This document shows, piece after piece, positions 9,066 to 21,957 of a DNA stretch of 64,000 nucleotides (positions are counted from its first letter, which is position 1; each line of letters starts with the position of its first letter). A program made the translations under genes and the position numbers. Location: NCBI GenBank assembly GCA_963833985.1, contig CAWIAD010000002.1, positions 5,376,001 through 5,440,000 of the forward strand, in the 5' to 3' direction. This DNA is from an uncultured Planctomycetaceae bacterium. Lineage in GTDB: Bacteria > Planctomycetota > Planctomycetia > Isosphaerales > Isosphaeraceae. A model generated the notes under the pieces. It was given only the letters and a program-made list of their open reading frames with translations, ran no database searches and was not told where the DNA came from.

Positions 9066-12000
9066 ATGACAGGCTTCGCTGCGTTGCGATGGCACCCGCG
9101 CCGGCTCGTGCGGATCATGGCGGCCATGGCTGGCCTCTGGCTGCTCGCGGCCGATCCCGCGGCGCGGGGCCAGGAACCGAGGGCCCCGCTGCCGGGCTTC
9201 GACTTTCAAAAGCCGGGGTCAGCCGCCGGCTGGGGCGAACTCCCGCACGACGTCGCCCGCACGGAGACCACGCCGGAGGGCCTGGCCGTGCACATCGGCG
9301 GGCCGGACCCCTACATCCACGGCCCGGCCCGCGATTATCCGGCCGGCGTCCCGCTGTTGCTGAAGATCCGCCTGAAGTCCTCCGAGGGCGGAACGTTCCA
9401 GGTCTTCTACTTCGGGCCGCGGCACGACACCAGCGAGGCGCATTCGGCGCGCTTCGCCGTCCGCCGCGGTGCCTGGCAAGAGCAGATTGTGCCGCTGCCG
9501 CCCCTGGGCGCGCAGGCACGCCTGCGGCTGGACCCGCCCGGCGACCGCGGCGTCTGCGTCATCGCGTCGATCACCTTCGTCCCGCGGCCGCAGATCGCCG
9601 CGCCCGCCTGGCCACAGCCCAGGCCCGGCAGCGACGAGCCCGGTCCGGACGCCCTGGAGATCACCTCCGGCGCCCTCGTGCTGCGGCACCATCCGGCGCA
9701 CTGGCAGCATTTCACCGTGACCGCCGCCCGCCGCCTGGTGGCCGCCGGCCATGACCGGCCGATGATCGGCTATCTCCACCCGCGCGGCACCAGCCAGAGG
9801 CCCGGCTCAGGCCCAGGCTCAGGCCCAGGCACCAGCCCTGCCCCAGCCCCTGCCCCTGCTCCTGCCCCAGGCGCCGCGGCCCCGGTGCGCTGGATCGACG
9901 TCGCCGCGGCCGCGACGGTCACGGCCCGGCGCGACCCCGCGGCGCAGGCGATCGTGGTGGAAGCCAGCCTCCGCGACCCCGACGGCGGCACCTGGCGGCT
10001 GCGCCAGGAGTTCCGGCCCGGCGCGGCGGGCTCCATCGACGTCCGCGCCGGCTGCGCGGTGGACGCTCCGCGCGACGTCGTCTTCCTGCCGCTCTTGCTG
10101 GTTCTGCCCGGTCACGGCTCGTTCGGAGCGCTCAAGGGCCAGGCACTCTTCGCGGGCATCGAGTACCTGGAGAACGAGCCCAGCAGCTCGACGGCCGACC
10201 TGAACGGCCCCGGCGCTGCGGCGCGTGCCCGACCCGGCCAAGCTCACCTTCCCGCTCATGGCCGTGCAGGCCCATGGCCGGTACATCGCGCTGGCCTGGG
10301 AGCGCGCCGCGGAGGTCTCGGCCCTGTTCGACTCGCCCGACCGCACGTTCGGCACCGATGGCCACGTGCTGGGCCTGATCGCGCCGGGGGCCAGCGGGTC
10401 GCGCCGGGTCGATGGCGAGCTCTTCCCGCTGGAAGGCCTGCACCTGACGGCCGGACAGAAGGTGGAAGCGCGCCACGATCCTCGGCGGCCCGGCCGACAG
10501 CGTGGTTGCGGCCGTGCGCAAATACGTCGCGCTGCGCGGCCTGCCCCCCTGCCCCGCGGTCCCGCCGCTGGCGGACTACACGCGGCTGGCGGCCGCGGGC
10601 TGGCTCGATTCACCATTGCGCGTGGGCGCTCACTTCCGCCACGCCGTGGGCGGGTCGTTCGGTGCCCATCCGGCCGCGGATGCCGCCTGGATGATGGATG
10701 AGCTGGCCGCGCTCTGCGCTGATCCGGCCCTGTCCGGACGCTTGCGGTCGACCGCGGATGCCGCGGCCGCCGAGGTTCCCATCGAGGCGCGCTGGCACGC
10801 CGCGGTCACCACCAGCCTGCACCAGGCCGCGCCCTTGCTGCTCTCGGCCGTGCCGTACCGGCCCCGGGATGGGCGCTCGCCTTTGCCATCGTCAGCGGCA
10901 GCGGTAGCGGCATCGGCGGCGGAGGCCCCTGCGCTCGCGGTGCTCGCGGGCATCGAGCAGGCGCGGGGGCTGGCACAGGGGCTCTTGCGGCGGTTCGAGC
11001 CCGACGGTTCGGTGCGCTACCAGGCCGCGGGGGAGATGGATTACGGCCGCACGCACTTCTCCGCAGAGGCCAGCGGCTACACCGCCGAGCCGGTCTTCCG
11101 CCTGCTGGAAGCCGCCGTTTTCGCGGGCGACTCGAACCTGGTCCAGGAGGGCCTGCGCCTGGCGCGGGTGCTTCAGCGGCGGTTCGGTCACGGCGTGCCG
11201 CGCGGCGCCCAGACCTGGGAGATCCCCCTGCACACGCCCGACATCGTGGCCTCGGCGTACATGGTCAAGGCGTTCGCCCTGGCGTTCGAGCTCACCGGCG
11301 AGCCAAGGTTCCTGGACGCGGCCCGCTACTGGGCCTGGACCGGCGTGCCGTTCGTGTACCTGGTCAACCCGGTGGAGATGACAGAAGGGCAGCAGCCGCA
11401 GGAGGAGCCGGAGCAGCAGCCGCAGCAGTCCGGGGCGAACCGGGTCGGCCCGTACGCGACCATTCCCGTCCTGGGCGCCACGCAGTGGCAGGCCCCCAAC
11501 TGGATTGGTCTGCCCGTGCAGTGGTGCGGGCTGGTCTACGCCGACAGCCTGAGATCGCTGGCGCGGCTGGACCCGCGTGGCCCCTGGCGCAAGCTCGCGC
11601 GCGGCATCGCGGCCTCGGGCATCTTGCAGACCTACCCGCTCGACCACCCGCACCGCGGTCTGCTGCCCGACTCGTTCAGCCTGGCGGCCGAGGCGCGCAA
11701 CCCGGCCGACATCAACCCCGGCCTGCTCCAGCCCGCGGCGCTCTGGCTGCTGGCCGGCGACCACCCCGGCGCAGTCCCTTACGCGTTTGTCGCCCTCCGC
11801 GCCAGCGGCCTGTGGGTGCACAGCCCCGGCGCGATCTCGGTGACGGCCGACCGGCCCGGCAGCGCCCGCTTCACCATCAACGCCTGGAGCCAGCGGCCCT
11901 CCTTCGCGGTCATCCACGGCCTGAAACCGCGTGGCAAGACGGCTCCCCAGGTTCGCCTGGACGGCCAGCCCCTCCCGCTCGGCGCCCCCCAGCTTTATCT

Positions 12001-12073
12001 CCCCGAACGCGGCACGCTGATCCTGCTATTGACCGGCGGCACCCCGGCAAAGCTGGAGATCGAGGCGCATTGA
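9066..12073 (+). CDS. large secreted hypothetical protein (~1000 aa, two frameshifts near 10215 and 10480), possibly a carbohydrate-active helical-barrel enzyme
   Basis: Signal peptide; ORFs 9066, 10225 and 10502 join into one coherent protein; C-terminal half has PRGAQTWEIPLHTPD and YWAWTGVPFVY. Function is inferred only. Confidence 0.6.
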
Positions 12074-12140
12074 GCGGCGTGGCAGTTTCACGAATAGAGA
12101 TGCTTTCAGTCCAATAGAGAGCCATGATAGGAATTGAAGA

Positions 12141-12201
12141 GACACGATCGGAATCGTGTCCCACGGGGGATGGAAGAGACGAGATGGGCAGCTTGTCCCA
12201 C
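12141..12201. repeat. REP-like GTGG-hairpin copies (reverse orientation)
   Basis: GACACGATCGGAATCGTGTCCCAC at 12141-12164 with flank AATTGAAGA, identical to the 38745 copy; degenerate copy at 12178-12201. Confidence 0.8.
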
Positions 12202-12356
12202 GGGAGATGGAAGAGACAGGAAGTGAAACAGTGCGGCTTCCTCGGCATCGTCCCTTGCTTCCGCCGGCCCGCGTGGCCTAGGATCAAGGAGACGGCCGCG
12301 GCCCGATCAGGGGATTGCGGCGCAGGTTCATTACCAGGGTGCAGGAGACTGGCTCC

Positions 12357-12647
12357 ATGGCGGGCATTGGCAAGTTCAAGCTGAGCGACGCGCTGCCGAA
12401 GACTCAGGCGAGCTTCGAGGAGGAAGTGCCCGGGGCGGTCCTGGGCGGCAAGAATACGAGCAAGGCCAAGCCGAAGAGCAAGAAGGCCACCAAGGGCAAG
12501 GCCCAGGCGCCGCACGAGCAGGCGGCCGAACAGGTACGCGAGGCCCGGGAAAGCACCCGCGCACGGAACAACGAGGCCTCGATCCGCGGCCACATGGTCG
12601 ATATCGGCCGGGGCAACCAGCAGGCCGGCCGCCAGAAGGCCAAGTAG
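12357..12647 (+). CDS. small basic (Lys-rich) hypothetical protein
   Basis: RBS GGAG before ATG 12357; strong codon bias. Confidence 0.7.
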   Translation: MAGIGKFKLSDALPKTQASFEEEVPGAVLGGKNTSKAKPKSKKATKGKAQAPHEQAAEQVREARESTRARNNEASIRGHMVDIGRGNQQAGRQKAK

Positions 12648-12675
12648 CCCCGGCCGCACACGGACGCGACCGGGC

Positions 12676-13713
12676 TCACCCCGAAACGGTAATGTACGCC
12701 GGCACCGTGCCGCTCACGTTGGCGCCGAAGCGGTTGCTGGGAACGTTGCCCGCCACGCGGATATGCCCGGCATAAACCTGCGACACACCATTGAGCGTCT
12801 GCGTGAGCGACTGCTGGATCACCGCGGCCACGGTATTGTTGTAGATTTGCAGGTCCGTGCCCGTCGTGGTCGGCAAGGGGATTGCCAGGAGCAATTGCTG
12901 AAGGCTCGTCGCCGGAATGTTGTTCGTCGCCGGGACGGTCTGCACGGCGCCGCCTGTGCCGCCTGTGGCTCCCGTGCTGCCGGACGCACCGGCGATGGAC
13001 TGGTACACGTACGTCTGGACCGCCCCGCGATTGTTGGGCGTGTGCGGGGCCACGTTGAGCCAGGGCAGCCGCTGAGGCAGGCCATTGAAATACTGCACGA
13101 GCTGGATGGCCATCTGGTTGGTGCGGTTGGTGATGTAGCTGGGAAAGATGCTCCCCGCGCTGCTCTGGCTGCTGGTGCCGACGGTTGCCGACAAGATGGC
13201 GCCCGTGCTCAGGTCGGTCGGCGTCGAAAGCGTGGGGCTGACAAACAGGGTGTTGCCGGCATAGCCGGTGAGGTAGAACGCGCCGACCGGGAAATTCCCC
13301 TGGCTGGCCTGGGCGGTGACCGGCGTGGTCGACCCGTTCGGAAAGAAGGCCGACGCGTTGTCCACCTGCATCGACGAGCCTCCCGAGGTATAGTCCGCCG
13401 TCACCTTCGCCGTGACGCTGCTGGTACTACTGGATTGCTCGTTGATCGAGGTGACATACAGCGCCTCGACGGAAGCGAATTCCTTGGCGAACGTGTTGTA
13501 CGCGCTGACGATGGTGGCGGCGGGCAAGGACCTTGGCGGATAAACCCGCGCGTGCAACGCGACACGGTGGACCGCGGCCGCGGCCCGCGCGCTCAGGAGC
13601 ACTCGCGGCTCCAGCACGCAGAGGGCCGCACACCCGGCTCCCGTGCTCCATGAGTCCGGGCGAAACCGTCGCTCGCGCCTGCGGCCACGTGTTTTGGACT
13701 TCTGCATCCCCAT
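12676..13713 (-). CDS. planctomycete extracellular protein with LEPR-XLL motif
   Basis: Arg-rich N-terminus then LEPRVLLS; S/T/G/N-rich body. Confidence 0.8.
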   Translation of the reverse strand: MGMQKSKTRGRRRERRFRPDSWSTGAGCAALCVLEPRVLLSARAAAAVHRVALHARVYPPRSLPAATIVSAYNTFAKEFASVEALYVTSINEQSSSTSSVTAKVTADYTSGGSSMQVDNASAFFPNGSTTPVTAQASQGNFPVGAFYLTGYAGNTLFVSPTLSTPTDLSTGAILSATVGTSSQSSAGSIFPSYITNRTNQMAIQLVQYFNGLPQRLPWLNVAPHTPNNRGAVQTYVYQSIAGASGSTGATGGTGGAVQTVPATNNIPATSLQQLLLAIPLPTTTGTDLQIYNNTVAAVIQQSLTQTLNGVSQVYAGHIRVAGNVPSNRFGANVSGTVPAYITVSG

Positions 13714-13866
13714 CCGCCCGATTCCTCATCGAATGCCAGGAGGCCTGCGCTTTCTCAGCAAGTATCGGCTTTTCGGCGAGTTCTCACCACTTGCTTCCGT
13801 CCCTGGGGCGAGACACGATCGGAAGCATCGACCGTGACTCAGCGGCCTACCGAGGAGCATTCTCCC

Positions 13867-14655
13867 ATGGACCTTGAGCTGACCGGGCAGGTTGTTGTGG
13901 TTTTCGGAGCGGCGCGGGGGATCGGCCGGGCAATCGCGGAGGCCTTCCGCGCCGAGGATGCCCGCGTAGTGGCCGTCGATCGAGACCGCGGCGTGACGGA
14001 CCTCTTCCCGCCCCCCGCGCTGGCGCTCGTGGCCGACGTCACTGATCTTGCGGCGGTCGGCCGCGTGGCCGAGGCGGTGCGCACTCAATGCGGGCGGTGC
14101 GACCATGTCGTCTTCGCGGTCGGGGTGGGCTCGGGCAAGTTCGGCTTCCCATTCTGGAACCTCGATCCGGCCGACTGGGAACCGGTGCTGCGGGTGAACC
14201 TGCTGGGCGCAGTGCACGTGGCGCACGCGTTCGCACCGCTCCTGGTGGCTGCTGGTGAGGGCTCGCTGCTGTTCCTCTCATCGGTCGCCGGCCAGATCGG
14301 CTCGCAGAGCGACCCTCCCTACAGCGCCGCCAAGGCCGCGCTCATCAACTTCGCCCAGTGCGCCGCGAAGGACCTGGCAAGCCACGGCGTGCGCGTGAAT
14401 TCCGTCTGTCCCGGAATGGTCAAGACCCCGCTGAACCACTCGGTCTGGCAGGCCTGGAACAGCCGCCAGAGCGAGGCGGACCGGCAATCGTACGAGGAGT
14501 GGACGGCCGAGAAGATCCACAAGCTCATCCCCTTGAACCGCTGGCAAGAACCCGAGGACATCGCCGCGATGGCGGTTTTCCTCGCCTCGTGGCAGGGCCG
14601 CAACATCACGGGCCAGACCATCAACGTGGATGGCGGCTATGTGATGCACTGGTAA
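13867..14655 (+). CDS. SDR family oxidoreductase
   Basis: FGAARGIG, YSAAK, VRVNSVCPG, TGQTINVDGG. Confidence 0.93.
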   Translation: MDLELTGQVVVVFGAARGIGRAIAEAFRAEDARVVAVDRDRGVTDLFPPPALALVADVTDLAAVGRVAEAVRTQCGRCDHVVFAVGVGSGKFGFPFWNLDPADWEPVLRVNLLGAVHVAHAFAPLLVAAGEGSLLFLSSVAGQIGSQSDPPYSAAKAALINFAQCAAKDLASHGVRVNSVCPGMVKTPLNHSVWQAWNSRQSEADRQSYEEWTAEKIHKLIPLNRWQEPEDIAAMAVFLASWQGRNITGQTINVDGGYVMHW

Positions 14656-14689
14656 CCACAGCTCATCTCGGCTCGGCCGCGAACGGTCC

Positions 14690-15872
14690 TCAGCGGGCAC
14701 CCATCCGCGACAGCAGTGAGAGCAAGGCCTTGCGCAGCTCGGTCATGGTGCCGTAGCGGTCGGCCGGGTCCTTCTTCAGGCAACGCTGGACGAGCTGGTC
14801 GATGGCCGCGGCATGACGCACATGCGCACGCGGAATGGACGGGACCACCGAGGGGGGCTCGGCTCGGGAGTGCTGGCGATCGAGCAGCTCCATCGACTTG
14901 CCCCGGAACGGCAGGTTCCCGGTGATCATCTCGAAGAGGACCACCCCGAAAGCGTAAATATCGGCCCGGAAGTCCACCGCGGCGGGATCGCGGAACTGCT
15001 CAGGCGCCATGTACGCGCCGGTGCCCAGCCGCGCCGGAGCGGGTCAGCCGCGGGTCGGAGGTCTCGCCCAGCGCGATGTAGTCAGCGGTTTCCAGCTCGG
15101 CTTCCTTCTCCAGCGTGCTCGGAGTGGGCACGGCCCGTCCACCCGGGCGGACCGGCACCTTGGGAACCGGCGAGCCCGCCTTCGGCACGCCCCGCGCCTG
15201 TGCCGGCGCCTGCACCCGGCCGGATCGTGCCAGCTCGGCATGCGACAGGCCGATCGGCCGCACCTGCTGCTGGTCGCGCGGATCGGTGAAGATGATGCGC
15301 TGGGGTGCCTGCGGTGCGTCGGCCAGCGGAATGGAGCCGTCGGGCAGCTCGGGGCGCACGGCCACCATCTCCTCGCAGATCCGCGCCAGGCCGAAGTCGG
15401 TGATCTTGAGGACCCCGTCCTCGGTGATGAGCAGGTTCCCGGGCTTGATGTCGCGGTGGCAGCTGAGACCTTGCCGGGCGGCGTGCTCCATGCCTTGACA
15501 AAACTGCACCCCGAATCGCAAGGCCTGTGCCAGATCGAGCTTGCGTGTGCCGATCCAGCGCGACAGGTCACCCCCCTGGACCAGCTCAATGACCACGAAG
15601 GGCTTGCCTTCGATGATCTCCACGGAGTGGGCCTGGACGATGTTCGGGTGCTGGCCCAGTTGCACCCAGAGCCGGCACTCGGTGGCGAACCGCGAGCGCC
15701 TGATGCGGTGGCTGAGCAGTTCGTCCTTGAGCGTCTTGAGCGCGACCACCATCCGCCCGGACTTGCCCAGGTGGTCGTGGACCACGTAGACCAGGCTCAT
15801 TCCACCTTCGTGCACGACGAAGATTTCGAACCGGTCGCCGATCCAATCACCCACGCTCCGGGCGCCCGCCAT
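14690..15872 (-). CDS. Hanks-type Ser/Thr protein kinase (frameshift near 15035)
   Basis: GGMSLVY, VALK, HPNIV, HRDIKPGN, DFG, then GTGAYMAPEQ and DIYAFG in the next frame. Confidence 0.9.
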
Positions 15873-16072
15873 GAATCCTCACCTCGACTGCGGCCCACGC
15901 CACCGCCCGCTCAATACAAGGCGGCCATGCTGGCTTCATTATACGCGGAGAAAAACCAGAAGCTGGCCGCGCGTGCCGGTTGCTGAGTGAGAATTCAGGA
16001 CATAGCCCGGCGCTCATCGGTACAGGAGACGGCAAGGGGAGGGGTCAGGAGAAGCGGGGCGGAGGGTGCCGC

Positions 16073-16654
16073 TCACGCGCTGCGGAGATGGCGATCGGCG
16101 TGCCAGTCGGCGGCCGTCAGCCGGTAGAGCCTGTGCAGCAGTCCGGCGAAGACCGTGTCCGTCTCGTAGGAAAAGCCGAGCTTCTGCATCACTCGCTGGG
16201 AGGCGATATTGAAAGGCAAGGTCCAGCTTGCCACCTCATCCAGGCCAAGCTGCTCGAACCCGATGCGCAGGCTGGCCGCGGCCATCTCGGTGGCCAGGCC
16301 GCGGTTCCAGTGGTCAAAGATGACGGCATAGGCCAGGCCCACCACGTCCTGGTCGTCGATGGTGTACCACTTCAGGCCGCAACGGCCCAGGAACGTTCCG
16401 GTGTCCCTGGCCCGGAAGATCCAGAAGCCGAACCCATGCTCCGCCCAGTGGGTGTCGTTCTGGATCAGGCCGTCCTTGGTGACGTTGTCGGGCAGGATTT
16501 GCCCATCGCGGGAGAGTGTCTTCATGACCTGGGGATGCAGATGCAGCCGGCGAATCTCCGGATAATGCGTGGACGTAAGACGCTCTGCCACCATCCGCCG
16601 CGTCGTGAAATGATCAATCCCTGACCGAACCAGGTCAGCCCTTGTGGAAACCAT
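16073..16654 (-). CDS. GNAT family N-acetyltransferase (RimJ/RimL-like)
   Basis: HWNRGLATE, NIASQRVMQKLGF. Confidence 0.9.
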   Translation of the reverse strand: MVSTRADLVRSGIDHFTTRRMVAERLTSTHYPEIRRLHLHPQVMKTLSRDGQILPDNVTKDGLIQNDTHWAEHGFGFWIFRARDTGTFLGRCGLKWYTIDDQDVVGLAYAVIFDHWNRGLATEMAAASLRIGFEQLGLDEVASWTLPFNIASQRVMQKLGFSYETDTVFAGLLHRLYRLTAADWHADRHLRSA

Positions 16655-16884
16655 GGCCCCCTGCTCTTTCTGCGTCGAAAGATGAACGACTCATCACAGG
16701 ATATTCTACGATCTTTCGATGCCCGGGTCGATCGGAATACCGAAAGATGCGCACCCAGAGCGAGCGGCGCACCCAGATCCAGGACCCGTGAAACAGGCAC
16801 AGTGAGTCCAGCTTTCCCTCCCTGCATTGCGGCCGGGCGGAAGTCGCGGTCGGCCGCTGGACCGGCACTGGTGGTGCCGATCCA

Positions 16885-17406
16885 TCACTCCGACGTTGTG
16901 ATCCGGGGACGTCCCCTGCCTCTACGAGGCATTTCCACATCCAGCGCGGGAACGAAGTTGCGGCTTGGCTCCGGCTGGGAGGCTATGCTCGGCGGAGGAA
17001 TAATGGGCAGCAAACGGAACGATTCCTCGACGATCCGAGCAATTCCGTCCGCCAGCGGAGAGCTCAGGAGCATCCGGAACTTTTCGATCAGCTCGTCGGC
17101 CCGATCGGTCGAGAACGATCGCTCCAGGCTGCCGCTCACCATGGTATGGGCGTAAGCCGCGCCCTCGCCCGGCCCTTCCGCGACGGCCCCCTGCTCGCCG
17201 AGCACCGGTGTGGAATCCAGCAAGATCTCCAGGGGCACGCCCAGCGCTCGGGAAATCCTGCGTAGCGTACCCGCCTGCGGCTTGCTCGTATTGCCCCGTT
17301 CAATCTGGTAGAGCGCGGTCCTGGAAATCTTGGCGCGGTTGGCCAGCTCGTCGGGCCCCCACCCCTTGGAGTAACGCAGGTCGCGGATTCGTTTCGCCAG
17401 ATTCAT
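16885..17406 (-). CDS. XRE-family HTH transcriptional regulator
   Basis: RIRDLRYSKGWGPDELANRAKISRTALYQIERG...LGVPLEILL. Confidence 0.9.
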   Translation of the reverse strand: MNLAKRIRDLRYSKGWGPDELANRAKISRTALYQIERGNTSKPQAGTLRRISRALGVPLEILLDSTPVLGEQGAVAEGPGEGAAYAHTMVSGSLERSFSTDRADELIEKFRMLLSSPLADGIARIVEESFRLLPIIPPPSIASQPEPSRNFVPALDVEMPRRGRGRPRITTSE

Positions 17407-18725
17407 GAACCGCCTCGTTTCTAAATGGATTGAACCAGATGTCTCAAGGAATTATACGTAATCGAGACGTCCCGCCCGTCGATCAACAAGATTTTTTTCC
17501 GTGAATTCCGAGCATAATTCGTCCTCAAAAGAAAATCAATTACGAACCGAGGATTTTCGGTTCAACAAGGCCGTACTCGCTCGCAGTGTGTTTTATTGAG
17601 CTTCCCGGGCCCGATCGTACTCTCGATTCCACACCTTGCATGATTCGCGCATCCCGCCTCGCACGCGGGAATGGGACCAGGGATGGACCTACCGCCTGGC
17701 GTGTCCGTCAGCACCCGGCCCTCCGATCGACGTGTGACGGGCCCGCCTGCACGAGATCCATCCGGATCCCTCAACCATGGCAGAAAAGACTGGGAGTGAG
17801 TCCACGTGGGAAGTCTGCGAGCGGAAGCTAAAGCCATTCTAAACGCCTTGCGGCGTCGGGACATGAAACGGTAGGCAGATATTGTCGGAGCGAGAGGAGC
17901 GTTCGATGAATCATTCATCACAAATACGACACGCAAGTAAACAACTTCGTCAACTTCGCACATGCTCCCAAGCGATCACAACAGGATGTTCCGGCCGGTT
18001 ACCCGGGTTCCCGGCCTGATCGCAAGTGTCACAGCCGGTTCGCGGCCCACCGCGGCTGGAACGGAGTGCGTACGGAATCGACCCGGAAGCCGCCACGGGA
18101 CAGCCGGGAGCGGAAGACAACGAACATTTCTGGAAAAACAAGGCCATTCCCGTTGCTGCCGGCCATTCCGCCCGTCAGGTCCTGCCCAACCCGTACGCAC
18201 GCCCAAGAATCAGCCATTGATTGCTTGCATGTTTCCAAAAAAGGACAGGAGCGGGATCTCACCACGTCGGGAGGCCCTGTGACCGGCTGATCCGTGCAAC
18301 ATTATGGCTGTTGCGTTCCGTTCCGCATCGAAATCTGAGCACGCCAATTCCCATTCTTGTGAGAATCCGGTAGAGCCTCTTGAGCTTGACGACGAACCAT
18401 GTATAGTGTCACTCTTGTGCAATCAAGGATATTGTCTCGCATCCAAGCATAGAGGTGATCGGTTCTCTGGCGGCCTGCTTGATCGTGGCTTTCTCCGTTT
18501 TGCGCTTGCTGCCTGCACGGCAGTTCCTCTCCGTACCCTTGGTCTCTCCAGGTTGACTGTCTTTTTTTAGCGAACGTTCGTCGCATGCCAGGCACACGGA
18601 ACAGTTCACGCCAGCCGCGCGAAGTACGCAGTCCGCGTGCGTGAGCTGAGGCTGCCTGCGGATTCTCGGTAGACGGGCCAACGATAGGCCCGCAGCCAGG
18701 AGCCCCGGACCCGCCTGGCACACCA

Positions 18726-19448
18726 TTGATGGTGAATGCAACGCAGAGCGGCACCGAATTGCCAGCGATCGGCTCAAACCTGAGGCTCGTCTCTCATTTC
18801 GTCAAGGTGCGTGGGAGCTATCACGCGATGAATCTGCCTTCTCAAGATTTCGACATGTTCTGGGTGTCCTGCGCCACGCGCAAGCCAGTGCCGCCAAGCC
18901 GCCCGGTGGTCCCCGTGTATCGCGTGGGTGAACCGCTCCAGCGGGGCCGGCGGCAGTGGCCGTGCGGCGCCCAGTTCATTCATGGCCGCAACGGCCACGA
19001 GCTGACGTTGTTCCTCCCCGAGATCGACCACCGCCACGTCCAGGACGTGAAAAACGGCGAGGGCGAGTTCGCCGTCATCACCCTGCACCCTCTCATCGTC
19101 CTGGCTTATCGCTTTGGCCGCTCGGTTCCCTGGAACGACGTTCCCTACTGCTGGCACATGCAGCCGCCGCCCTACCGCGTCCTTCCTCCCCAGGAAACGT
19201 CCCCCGAGACCCGGGCCCTGCTCTGGGTCACACTCGTCGGCGCCGAGGACGGCATCATCCATGCCCAGCGCGGCATGACCCTGGCCCCCGAATTTACCCG
19301 CATTCTCAACGCCGCCATCCGCTCCCAGGCCCGCTCCACCTTCGACCCGGACGCCTGCGCCGAGGCGGTCAGCCACCTGTTCATCGCCCACCCGACCATC
19401 TCCGACCGTCTGGCCCTCGCCCAGTCCCGCACCATCGGCAACCAATGA
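18726..19448 (+). CDS. hypothetical protein (true start probably 18828 or 18855)
   Basis: Strong GC3 bias from about 18850; globular aromatic-rich sequence. Confidence 0.7.
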   Translation: MMVNATQSGTELPAIGSNLRLVSHFVKVRGSYHAMNLPSQDFDMFWVSCATRKPVPPSRPVVPVYRVGEPLQRGRRQWPCGAQFIHGRNGHELTLFLPEIDHRHVQDVKNGEGEFAVITLHPLIVLAYRFGRSVPWNDVPYCWHMQPPPYRVLPPQETSPETRALLWVTLVGAEDGIIHAQRGMTLAPEFTRILNAAIRSQARSTFDPDACAEAVSHLFIAHPTISDRLALAQSRTIGNQ

Positions 19449-19508
19449 AAACGTCCGGATTGCCAAAGATGCGAGCCACCATCATTGAATGATAGCTTGC
19501 ACTGAAAG

Positions 19509-20674
19509 TCAAGGGTCCTCACAGCCCAGCACTCGATTCCAGAGCCGCTCGTAGGCGGCCACAGCCTGGCCGAGCGAAAACTCCGCGCCGACGAGCGTTC
19601 TTCCCCGGGCTCCATGGCTGCGGCAGAGTTCTGGAGCCTGCGCGGCGGCCAGCAAGCCGGCCGCCAGGGCCTGGGAATCGCCGGCGGGGACCAGCCAGCC
19701 GGTCTGGCCGGGCACGACCAGTTCCTCGGTGCCTTCCACGGCCGTTGCCACCACGGCGCGGCCGGCGGCCATGGCTTCCAGAACCACGTTGGGCATGCCC
19801 TCCCAGAGCGAGGCCAGCACCAGCACGTCGGCCGTTTTCAGGAGCGCCGCGACATCGTCCCGCTGGCCCAGCCAGTGGACCCGGCCGCACAGCACGGGTG
19901 ACGTGGAGATCTGCTCCAGCAGCCAGTTGCGGAGCGGGCCATCGCCGGCGATGGCCAGGTGCCAGCAGGGGCACCGGCCGATCACCGACGCGGCTGCCTC
20001 GAGCAGTGGGCCGACGCCTTTCTGCACGTCCAGCCGGCCGACGGCGAGAGCGAGGCGTGCGTCCTCGGGAACTCCCAGCGCGGCCCGGGGCACAGGCGCT
20101 GCGCGGTCGAATGGCCCGGGATCGATCCCGTTGGGAATGACCACGAGCCTCCGCGGGTCGATCCGGCCCACGTCGCGGCCATGGCGCAGCACCCCCTGCG
20201 AGACGCACACGGAGCCGGCCGAGAGGAAGGCGGTCCAGCGGTCGAGCGTCAGGTGCCAGGACTTCTGCCGCTCGGCCACGCGCAGGCCGCCGATCACCCA
20301 GGGGCGCCCGGCCAGGGCGCCGCCAGGCGGCTGGCCAGGTTGGCGTGGAACAGGAAGCTCTGAACCAGGGCGGGCCGGCAGCGCCGCAGCGCGCGTACCA
20401 GCCGCGCGACCACCTGGAGCGGCCGGCGCGGGCTCCCCTCCAGGCACTCGCAGGGCAGGCCGGCCTGGCGCAGCACCTGCGCGAGGCGGCCTTCGCCGCC
20501 CAGGGCAATGATCGTGGGGGCCCAGCGGTTGCGGTCCAGCCGCAAGGCCAGGTTCACCAGGGCCTTCTCGGCACCGCCGACGTCCAGGTCGGTGATCACC
20601 AGAGCCAGCGGCAGGGGCCGACCCGGAGCCGGACGATCTGGTGCACGGGCAAGGCGGTCGGCCAGGGTCTGCAC
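19509..20674 (-). CDS. glycosyltransferase family 4 (frameshift near 20315)
   Basis: ITDLDVGGAEK, VIPNGID, VGRLDVQKG, EGMPNVVLEAMAAG. Confidence 0.9.
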
Positions 20675-20742
20675 GGCGGCAAGAGTTCCTTCTGCGAAGG
20701 TCGCGACCTGCTTATGATACGAAGGAACGAGGAGCTTCGCCC

Positions 20743-21805
<1,063 letters not shown>

Positions 21806-21957
21806 ACCAATGGCCGGCGGATGTGAATTGCGGGCATCATACTGCGCAGGGCCGCGTGGTGTGGCGTTATGCTCGATTGCCTTGAGGCCAGTCCGTGCCG
21901 GGGTCGGCCCCGGGGACCCGCCTCTTCGTAGGTGGTGGACGAAATCACGTTCTGATC

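Noticed and set aside
17562..18777. Several 60-150 aa ORFs in the long intergenic region
   Set aside because: No codon bias, convincing RBS or recognisable motifs.
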